A DNA stretch of 55,881 bases from an uncultured virus (IMG/VR IMGVR_UViG_3300030012_002808) (taxonomy: Duplodnaviria; Heunggongvirae; Uroviricota; Caudoviricetes), in the IMG/VR virus record IMGVR_UViG_3300030012_002808. One strand, written 5' to 3'. Position numbers and translations under genes: made by a program. Under the pieces are notes generated by a model. The model was not told the DNA's origin. It did no database searches and was given only the letters and a program-made list of their open reading frames with translations. Positions 29,392 to 36,784 of this stretch are shown here, in pieces. Each line of letters begins with the position of its first letter. Position 1 is the first letter of the stretch.

Positions 29392-29838
29392 TTAAAATGG
29401 TAATTTTTTACTTTTAAGTTTATTTTTAATTCTTTTTAGTTTAGCTTTAACTTTACCCTTACCGCCAATATTCAAGCCGTCACCACTACGTTTTGGACCA
29501 GACATACATTTACCCTTAACTACCTTACCACCTCTACAACCACCACCTCTAACTGCAGCACCTCCTAGTTGCATATACTGACCACCTAATTTTTGTTCTT
29601 TAATGTCATTAAAATACCCTAGTACTGCTGCGGGGTTTGTCATATTACCACCCATTTGCATTTTAGGTTTAGTGTGACCATAACCCTTCTTTTTCATACG
29701 GGTATGATCAGCCATAACTTTTGCTTTATAACCCTTTCCTGTTTTAGGATCATACATCATATGAGGTTTAAACTTCTTCTTAGCAGCACTCTTTTTAGCA
29801 CCACCTTTACTATATAAACTTTTTGGCATTGTATTCAT
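29392..29838 (-). CDS. Basic Gly/Lys-rich protein with QxGG motifs
   Basis: SKGG, MQMGG, MQLGG; KFKPHMMYDPKTGKG module. Confidence 0.75.
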   Translation of the reverse strand: MNTMPKSLYSKGGAKKSAAKKKFKPHMMYDPKTGKGYKAKVMADHTRMKKKGYGHTKPKMQMGGNMTNPAAVLGYFNDIKEQKLGGQYMQLGGAAVRGGGCRGGKVVKGKCMSGPKRSGDGLNIGGKGKVKAKLKRIKNKLKSKKLPF

Positions 29839-30107
29839 TATTTTCTTTTTTTAGTTGTTTTTCTTTTTCTAACTGAACTAGTTCTATTACCCATACCAAC
29901 TCTTTTCTTTTCAGCAACAACAGAAGCTTTTCTAGAACCTAAACCACCCCATGTCACTGGAGTTTTTTTAGAAACTTTTTTGCTAGGTCTACATTTTTTG
30001 ACGGCTTTATTCTTAGAAGATCCACATGGATTACCTTTTTCATCAGTCCACTTTTCTTTGAACCAACGTTTTAATGCTGCACCTTTAGCTGTCTTTCTAA
30101 CCGCCAT
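29838..30107 (-). CDS. Small basic protein (RWFKEKW type)
   Basis: LKRWFKEKW...CG...CRP motif; tight gene packing. Confidence 0.75.
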   Translation of the reverse strand: MAVRKTAKGAALKRWFKEKWTDEKGNPCGSSKNKAVKKCRPSKKVSKKTPVTWGGLGSRKASVVAEKKRVGMGNRTSSVRKRKTTKKRK

Positions 30108-30118
30108 TACTTTTTCTT

Positions 30119-30316
30119 TTAACTCTTGCCAGCTTTTCTTTTTCTACACTTAGCAATCATACCGCTAGCATAAGCAGATGGGAATACCTTATGAGCTCTT
30201 TTAGCTGCATAGTAACAAGAGTCTTTTTTACTCTTAGTTTTTTTCTTTTTAGATCCTCCTTTTCTAAAGAATTCTAAAATTTCACCGTCCGTATTTATTC
30301 TATTATAATTAGGCAT
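30119..30316 (-). CDS. Small basic protein (PSAYASG type)
   Basis: FRKGG followed by KKDSCY...PSAYASG...KCRK. Confidence 0.75.
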   Translation of the reverse strand: MPNYNRINTDGEILEFFRKGGSKKKKTKSKKDSCYYAAKRAHKVFPSAYASGMIAKCRKRKAGKS

Positions 30317-30318
30317 AA

Positions 30319-30507
30319 CTATAAGTTTCTTCTTAATGAGGCACCTCTGATAACTTTACCTTTGCCACATGAGCCACCATACTTTAATTGCTGTCCTTGA
30401 ATAGTTCTTGGATTATTACTATATCTAGCCATAGTCTTACCTGGGTAAGGATTTTGACCTCCATTTTTCATTTTGTGGGCACCGCCACATTTCATACATT
30501 TTGGCAT
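30319..30507 (-). CDS. Small basic protein with xGG motifs and GxxLRR C-terminus
   Basis: MKNGG, LKYGG, IRGASLRRNL. Confidence 0.7.
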   Translation of the reverse strand: MPKCMKCGGAHKMKNGGQNPYPGKTMARYSNNPRTIQGQQLKYGGSCGKGKVIRGASLRRNL

Positions 30508-30517
30508 ATCTTATATT

Positions 30518-30820
30518 TTATTTATTTTTTATACTTCTTCTTAGTGATCCACCTTTAATTAATTTTGGTTTAGATTTATTACTTGATTTAGGAGATCGTG
30601 ATACTTCATATAATACTGCACCATAAGGATCTGTCTCTAAAATCTTATATTGTACATCTGTGATACCTCTTTTTTTAAGAGCACGTCTTCTTGCATTATA
30701 AGCACTTCTACTAGGCGCCACTCTTTTACCCAAAACAGGTGAATAATCTTTACTTTTTTTAGCTGCTTTCTGAACTCCTTTAGCTATACCACCTTTCTGA
30801 TATTTTGTAAGGTGTTTCAT
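30518..30820 (-). CDS. Small basic protein with YQKGG and GxxLRR C-terminus
   Basis: KYQKGG...IKGGSLRRSIKNK. Confidence 0.75.
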   Translation of the reverse strand: MKHLTKYQKGGIAKGVQKAAKKSKDYSPVLGKRVAPSRSAYNARRRALKKRGITDVQYKILETDPYGAVLYEVSRSPKSSNKSKPKLIKGGSLRRSIKNK

Positions 30821-30822
30821 AA

Positions 30823-31203
30823 TTAATGCTTTTTACTTCGTCTTAATGACCCACCTTTCATCATCTTCATACCACCATACTGAGCATAGCCCATTTTATT
30901 ACGAACATCTGTTGGTAATGATCTTAGACCATTAAACTTTTTACCAGCTGGAACACTTTTCAAAGAACCGCCTGATTTAAATTTAGGTTTTTGAAGTTCA
31001 GGATACTTCATGCGATTCATATTGTCACCTTTTTTTACGTCTACCCCAAACATTCCAGGCTTATATGTATTCAGTGATTTACGTTTAAGTTTTGAAGAAG
31101 CAGGTGTTTTTCCAGCTCTTTTTACCTTTGCAAGTTTTCCAGTTGTTTTTTTAGCAGCCTTTGCAGCAAGTTTTGCAATACCACCTTTTTGATACTTTTT
31201 CAT
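30823..31203 (-). CDS. Small basic protein with YQKGG and GxxLRR C-terminus
   Basis: KKYQKGG, FKSGG, AQYGG, MKGGSLRRSKKH. Confidence 0.75.
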   Translation of the reverse strand: MKKYQKGGIAKLAAKAAKKTTGKLAKVKRAGKTPASSKLKRKSLNTYKPGMFGVDVKKGDNMNRMKYPELQKPKFKSGGSLKSVPAGKKFNGLRSLPTDVRNKMGYAQYGGMKMMKGGSLRRSKKH

Positions 31204-31205
31204 AA

Positions 31206-31574
31206 TTAATGTTTTCTAGATCTTCTTAAATTTTTACCTCTGATAACCCCACCTGATCTATATAACTTCATAGTAGGATTATTTTCTAACGCAGCTTTAA
31301 ACATATCAAGAGCATCTTGATTAGTAATATTAGGATTCTTTAAAAAACTCTTTACTTTCTTAGCATCACCAGAACTAATTACACCACGTTTTTGCATAGC
31401 CTGCCTCAAACCTTCTTTAGCATATTGGTCTGTATCATACCTTTTTCCTTTCCTACCTATAGTTGTAGTTCTCTCAGGTAATTTAGGTTTAGGTACTTTA
31501 ACTTTCTTTTTTGCAGCTTTAGCAGCACTACTTATAATCTTACCCCTTTGTGCTTTTGGTAAATACTTTTTCAT
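31206..31574 (-). CDS. Small basic protein (start revised to MKKYLPKAQRG)
   Basis: ATG at 31574 lies 1 nt after the upstream stop. LPKAQRG, YRSGG, IRGKNLRRSRKH. Confidence 0.75.
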   Translation of the reverse strand: MKKYLPKAQRGKIISSAAKAAKKKVKVPKPKLPERTTTIGRKGKRYDTDQYAKEGLRQAMQKRGVISSGDAKKVKSFLKNPNITNQDALDMFKAALENNPTMKLYRSGGVIRGKNLRRSRKH

Positions 31575-31575
31575 C

Positions 31576-32622
31576 TTAACCTTTTTTTCTACTTCTGCTA
31601 ATTTTTCTAACAATTTTTTTAGCACTCATAGGTCTTCCACCACCTTGGTTTTTCTTAGAAACACCTTTTCTAGTTACTCTCTGAGTTAATCCAGATGGAG
31701 AAGTTATAGTTCTACCTCTTTGAGCCTTTGTAAGTTGAGTTCCAGATCTTTTAGAAGGAAGATTTTTTCCACCTGGTATAGGTCTTGTAACTTTAGCTTT
31801 ACCTTTCCCAGTAGCTTTTTTTCCTGCTGCTTTTGTTGCTCTTTTAAGATCTTTTTTAGTTCTAGGCATTCCAGGAGGCATCATACTTGTACTTGATTTT
31901 TCCTTTTTAAGTGACTTTCTTAATACTTTTTTCATTCCTGGTGTAAGTTTTCCAATAGCACCGCCTTTTTGCATTTTAGGTCCTTTACCTTTTTTGCCCC
32001 TTTCTACATCTTTAGTTAGCATATACGATTTTCTTATTTTGTTGAGAAAATCAGAGTCTGGCTTTATTCCTCCTTTAATACTAATCGGTCTCTTCTTATT
32101 TTTTTTCTGAAGGCTCTTAGTAAGACTTGTGCCACCCTTTTGCATTTTAGTTGTCTTAGCATATTTTCTTACAGCTTTTTTAGCACTAACAGGTCTTCCC
32201 GCACCTTGATTCTTTTTAGCTACGCCTTTTCTATTTACTTTAGTTTTTAGTCCAGACTTAGAAGTTACAGTTCCACCTTTTTGCATTCCAAGGGTAGCAA
32301 GTTTTGTAGATGATTTTCTAAGAGGAGATACCTTACCACTAGCTTTAGCTCTACTTTTACCTGAAGCTATTTGTAAAGCTTCATTAAGTTTTGATCTCAT
32401 ATTAGCTCCAGTTGATCTTAAACCACCTCTAGTTAAGCTTTTTTTAGCAGCAGCAGTGCTTTCCATCTTTCTCCTAATTGGAGCCTTAGAAGTAGATTTT
32501 CTACCTGGAGTACCTTTACCTTTTCCAGCAGCTTTTACAAGCCTTGTCATTTTTGCTAATCCTTTTTGGCCTTTTGGTAATCTTTTTTTTGCACCACCAT
32601 AACCATACTTTTTCATTGCCAT
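31576..32622 (-). CDS. 348-aa extremely basic protein (histone H1/protamine-like composition) with six xQxG(G)-type motifs
   Basis: Very few acidic residues. YGYGG, PKGQKG, MQKGG x3, KAQRG; one internally duplicated module. Confidence 0.75.
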   Translation of the reverse strand: MAMKKYGYGGAKKRLPKGQKGLAKMTRLVKAAGKGKGTPGRKSTSKAPIRRKMESTAAAKKSLTRGGLRSTGANMRSKLNEALQIASGKSRAKASGKVSPLRKSSTKLATLGMQKGGTVTSKSGLKTKVNRKGVAKKNQGAGRPVSAKKAVRKYAKTTKMQKGGTSLTKSLQKKNKKRPISIKGGIKPDSDFLNKIRKSYMLTKDVERGKKGKGPKMQKGGAIGKLTPGMKKVLRKSLKKEKSSTSMMPPGMPRTKKDLKRATKAAGKKATGKGKAKVTRPIPGGKNLPSKRSGTQLTKAQRGRTITSPSGLTQRVTRKGVSKKNQGGGRPMSAKKIVRKISRSRKKG

Positions 32623-32641
32623 TTTTGTTTATTTTAATTAA

Positions 32642-33658
32642 TTAACTATTCCAATATGCTTCTGAAGTTTTAATTAAACCTTTTAAAATATCTTCATTTA
32701 AAGGATCCTTTAAAAACTCAAGAACATCAGATACATTTCTACCTAACATAACATTTTGCTTTGCATGATAAATATATCCATCTGCTTTTGTGACAATCTC
32801 TTTATAAAAACTAGAGTCTTTAATAATAGATCTAATTTTTAAAGTTTCCATATCACATTTTACTGCATCTAAGAAAGTTTTTACTGCTCTCTCCATGTTG
32901 CTGTCAGATCCTTCTGCATGAATATATTCATCCATATTTTCATACAGGATATCTAATGGTGTTGATTTTTTGTATTGCGTACTATTAACATCTACAACTT
33001 TTGCTACATAGAAAAGTTTAGTGCTATTTTTATCAAATAATTTTTGTAGTTCTGATAATGCCTTATTTCTAAGTTTTTTGTATTCAGTTCTACTAGATAC
33101 TGTCTCTTCTTCTTTATCTAAGAAAAATTTAGGCGGCTTTGGTTTTGTTTTTGCATCCTCATAACTTTTTGCAATTAAAGAAAACCCCCCTGCTTCTATA
33201 GCATATAGTTTAATTCTATCATATGGATCTGACATATTTAAAAAAGTTGGTTCATTACCTACTTTGATTTCTATCTTATTCCAAAATTCTGAATTATCGG
33301 GTTTAAGAAGTTTTACTTTATTCCAAAAGTCTTTATCTTCTGGATCAATAATATTAGAAGCTAATTCTGCTTCTAGATCAGCTACAGCTTTTCTTATCTG
33401 TCTTGTTTTAGCTTCTCTAGCTTCTTTAGAAAGTTTTTTAACTTCTGGAGCAAATTCATTAAGTCCTGTCAAATATCTATTGATACCATTAATTTCTAGA
33501 CAAGCCAATTGTTCTTGGTGTTTTACACCATCAAATAAACTTAATCCATAATTTTCTAGACCCATGTTATCTACTCGTGCATTAAAATAAGGCTTAATAG
33601 CAACTTTTGATTTAGTTCCTGATGCTACCTGTACCATTGTAAAATTATTATCTGCCAT
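32642..33658 (-). CDS. Capsid-module protein of unknown function
   Basis: Intact 338-aa ORF immediately downstream of the major capsid gene. Confidence 0.6.
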   Translation of the reverse strand: MADNNFTMVQVASGTKSKVAIKPYFNARVDNMGLENYGLSLFDGVKHQEQLACLEINGINRYLTGLNEFAPEVKKLSKEAREAKTRQIRKAVADLEAELASNIIDPEDKDFWNKVKLLKPDNSEFWNKIEIKVGNEPTFLNMSDPYDRIKLYAIEAGGFSLIAKSYEDAKTKPKPPKFFLDKEEETVSSRTEYKKLRNKALSELQKLFDKNSTKLFYVAKVVDVNSTQYKKSTPLDILYENMDEYIHAEGSDSNMERAVKTFLDAVKCDMETLKIRSIIKDSSFYKEIVTKADGYIYHAKQNVMLGRNVSDVLEFLKDPLNEDILKGLIKTSEAYWNS

Positions 33659-33696
33659 TGGTTTTTGTTTTTGTTGGTTATTATTTGTTGATTATT

Positions 33697-33730
33697 AAAA
33701 AAAAAGGGAGAGGAACAGCCCTCCCCCTTT
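33697..33730 (-). terminator. Intrinsic terminator after the major capsid gene
   Basis: GGGGGAGGG...CCTCTCCC stem followed by T9 on the minus strand. Confidence 0.8.
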
Positions 33731-33749
33731 TCAAGAATTTATATTCAGA

Positions 33750-35363
33750 TTAGAATGATCCTCCAGTAACTGGGTTTCTCATAACAATCTTCAATACCTT
33801 AGTTGGGTCTTTTACCCATACAGCTGGCATTGTTTGAGACATCATAACTCTATACCCATTGAATTGTCCAGAAGACTGGAATCCTTGAGCACGACCCATA
33901 TAGTCCATTGTACCATTTTGATACCACCACTTAAGTTGGTTATCCCACTCTAACTTCAACAAGAAGATGTTGTCATTAGTATTATCAGTGATGTCAAAGA
34001 TAATGAATGAATAAGAAGATAATGGGAATCCATCAATGATTGGGTTCTCAATATCATTAGTATTTACATTATCAAATGCTGGGTTAAGTACAAACTTAAC
34101 ATTAGCAAGGAAAGGAATTACATAGCTAGTGTAAGCAAAACCAAAGTTCAAGTCCATTCCTTGACCAGTGATTGCACCTATATCAGCAGCTTGAATTACA
34201 AGACCTGATGCTACAGCATCTCTCTTAATAGCTTCATTTACCATTCTCATTCCACCCATACCAGTTTGAACAATCAATTGTCTACCTGGATCTGGACCTT
34301 GGAATTCAACTTTACCGTTAAAGAAGTTATAAATCTCAGAACGGAATAAGTCAAGGTTAAAGTTATTCTTGTTGTATACTCTTTTGAAAGAGTTATCAAG
34401 CTGTTGCCAAAGACCTACAGATAATCTTAAATCATCTGGTCCGTCTTGCCTAACTCTACCACCTTGTCCCCACATTAGGTAACACTCAATATCAGAAGCA
34501 ATCTTAGAAAGATGTGCAGCTTCCATTTGAGTAAGGAAAGTTCTAGAAAGATCACCATTATCAAATGCTCTCTTTACTTTATCTTTACCCATTGTTTTTA
34601 CCATGTCATCTAAAGATGCTACAGCAGGATCCATATTTTTATCAAAAGTTCTCCAGATCTCAGTTACAGGAACTGTACCATCTGCATTCATTCCACCTTT
34701 GATCATAAGATCAGCTCTAGAAGAAACTGAATAGTGAACATGAGCTTCTGCACCACCTACATAATTGTAGAATTCACGGAAACCTGTTTTAGTAGTGATG
34801 TCAGAGAATCTTTCACCATACTCACCTCTAGCAGAACCTTTTCTAAAGAATTTAGTTCCATTTGCTAAAAATGCTCTGTCAAATGAAGCAGCAGTATTAT
34901 TGTTGACCATTTGTACAGTATAAATAAAACCATCTCCCATTGGAAGAATGTCTTCATCTGTAATGTAAAGTTCAGCACCATTGTATTTATCATAAGTGAT
35001 AATATCACCGTGACCAAAGTCTTTACAGCTCATCTTAATGCGGAAAGTTGTACCATCTACACCAAGAACACCATCTCCTTCAATATCCTCAATAATATAA
35101 GGAAGATCATTAGATACAGGAGTTTGCCACTTATACTCACCACGAGCATTATCTACCATGATTACATTTTTACCACCAAAGCTAGACATTTGATAAAGGG
35201 GCATCTCTACCTTCTGAGACATAGCCCATAGGTCCACTGGACCTAAGTCCATCGGTTCTGCATCCTTCAACATGTTAACCAAGTGGTAAGAGTCTACGTG
35301 TGAACTTGCGTTGTACGCTGTATCCCGTAGAAAGATACCATTGTTTAAAACTGGAGTTGCCAT
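33750..35363 (-). CDS. Major capsid protein (crAss-like)
   Basis: 537 aa; order terminase-portal-scaffold-capsid; EYKW, LMWG, GLWQQL, TGMGG patterns; many C-ending codons; followed by a terminator. Confidence 0.8.
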   Translation of the reverse strand: MATPVLNNGIFLRDTAYNASSHVDSYHLVNMLKDAEPMDLGPVDLWAMSQKVEMPLYQMSSFGGKNVIMVDNARGEYKWQTPVSNDLPYIIEDIEGDGVLGVDGTTFRIKMSCKDFGHGDIITYDKYNGAELYITDEDILPMGDGFIYTVQMVNNNTAASFDRAFLANGTKFFRKGSARGEYGERFSDITTKTGFREFYNYVGGAEAHVHYSVSSRADLMIKGGMNADGTVPVTEIWRTFDKNMDPAVASLDDMVKTMGKDKVKRAFDNGDLSRTFLTQMEAAHLSKIASDIECYLMWGQGGRVRQDGPDDLRLSVGLWQQLDNSFKRVYNKNNFNLDLFRSEIYNFFNGKVEFQGPDPGRQLIVQTGMGGMRMVNEAIKRDAVASGLVIQAADIGAITGQGMDLNFGFAYTSYVIPFLANVKFVLNPAFDNVNTNDIENPIIDGFPLSSYSFIIFDITDNTNDNIFLLKLEWDNQLKWWYQNGTMDYMGRAQGFQSSGQFNGYRVMMSQTMPAVWVKDPTKVLKIVMRNPVTGGSF

Positions 35364-35393
35364 TTATTTATTTGTTTTTATTTGTTTACTAAT

Positions 35394-36689
35394 TTAAAAA
35401 CCTCTGCTAAACATATTTTGTTTTTTCCGAGGAACTGTCTGTTTTTTTCTTGTTGTTCTTCTTGAACTTGTTGAAACATCTTTTTTAACTGTTGCTGAAG
35501 AACTTAATTTTCTTGATTGTTCAGCTGTTTTCAATTGTCTTGCAGTTTTTCTTACAGCTTCATCAGCTCCAACAGATCTTACTTTAGTTTTGTAACCTTT
35601 TGGATCTGCTAATAACCATAATGCCTCTGCAATAAGATCATGTCTAGGTTCTACAAACTGGTACTTTTCTAATAAATGCCCTAATAAATTTGTAGGTTTC
35701 CCAGATATTGAAGGGTAATTAGGTTGAACTAAACCAGAAAATAAAAGACTTTGTGTCTTTTTATCTAATTTTAAATCATCTAATTGGCCTTGAGCAAGTG
35801 TATTATATACATTATCTTGATATGCTTTTGCTTGTTCAGCTTGTTGAGCTTTTTTCTGTTCTTGCTCTGCTAGTTGTTGTGCAACAATTGTTTCTTGCAT
35901 TTTATCTAACTTTGGCTTAAACTGTTTAGCTTTTTTACCAAGCCTGTCAAGATCTGCCCAATCTTGTATTTCAGCTTCTATTTCTTCAGCTGTACCAAAT
36001 CTTGTAGCATGAAGATATTGTCTTGCAATTTCAGCTTGATGATTTTCATCTTCAGGATTTAGATCCATAGTATCTTCTACTTGGGCTAAAGTTCTAAATA
36101 AACTTTTTAAATCCTGACCTCCATCTGCAACATACTTTGCTGCAACTTGAAGTTCTTCAGGTAAAGATTGAAAAAATTCTCTAGGAGTATCTTGTCTAAT
36201 CTTTTCTTCCCTTTGCTGAAAATTTGTTTCAAATAACTCTCTGAAATCTTTAGCTGTATAATCTTCTAAATCCTTATCATCATCAAATGGTAATAAAGAT
36301 CCTTCTTCTATCATTTTATTAGCTAATTCAACAAGGCCGCTCTTATCAACCCTGGGTCTTCCTGATACAGTTTCTTCATTTTCTTCTTGTTCTGAGATCA
36401 TCTCATCCAATTCAGAAATAGTTTCTTCTGCAGTTTCAGTAGGTGTTACCTCTACTTCTTCTGAAGTTGTTTCAACAGGTTTGTCAATGAACGTTGTGTC
36501 TACTTCCTTTTCCTTTGAAAAGACTGTATTTTTTTCTTCTAAATCTTCTTCAGGTAGCATGACACTTTCTGCTCCTGGTTGTCCAAAGATTTCATCAATA
36601 TTTATATCTACTTCCTCTACCGTTGTAGATTCTTGTATTTTAGACTCAGTATTTTGTACTTCGTCTGAAGTTGATTTTTCTTCACTCAT
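35394..36689 (-). CDS. Putative scaffolding protein
   Basis: Highly acidic N-terminus, coiled coil, basic tail; between portal and capsid genes. Confidence 0.65.
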   Translation of the reverse strand: MSEEKSTSDEVQNTESKIQESTTVEEVDINIDEIFGQPGAESVMLPEEDLEEKNTVFSKEKEVDTTFIDKPVETTSEEVEVTPTETAEETISELDEMISEQEENEETVSGRPRVDKSGLVELANKMIEEGSLLPFDDDKDLEDYTAKDFRELFETNFQQREEKIRQDTPREFFQSLPEELQVAAKYVADGGQDLKSLFRTLAQVEDTMDLNPEDENHQAEIARQYLHATRFGTAEEIEAEIQDWADLDRLGKKAKQFKPKLDKMQETIVAQQLAEQEQKKAQQAEQAKAYQDNVYNTLAQGQLDDLKLDKKTQSLLFSGLVQPNYPSISGKPTNLLGHLLEKYQFVEPRHDLIAEALWLLADPKGYKTKVRSVGADEAVRKTARQLKTAEQSRKLSSSATVKKDVSTSSRRTTRKKQTVPRKKQNMFSRGF

Positions 36690-36711
36690 TTTTGTTGGTT
36701 TTGTTTATATA

Positions 36712-36725
36712 ATAATATACTAAAA
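36712..36725 (-). promoter_or_regulatory. Putative late promoter (TTTTAGTATATTAT)
   Basis: Recurring motif upstream of the scaffold/capsid genes. Confidence 0.6.
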
Positions 36726-36784
36726 TAAATCTTAAAGATTTAAAATTATTTTAAAAATTTTAATTAATTTTTTGCACTATATAG

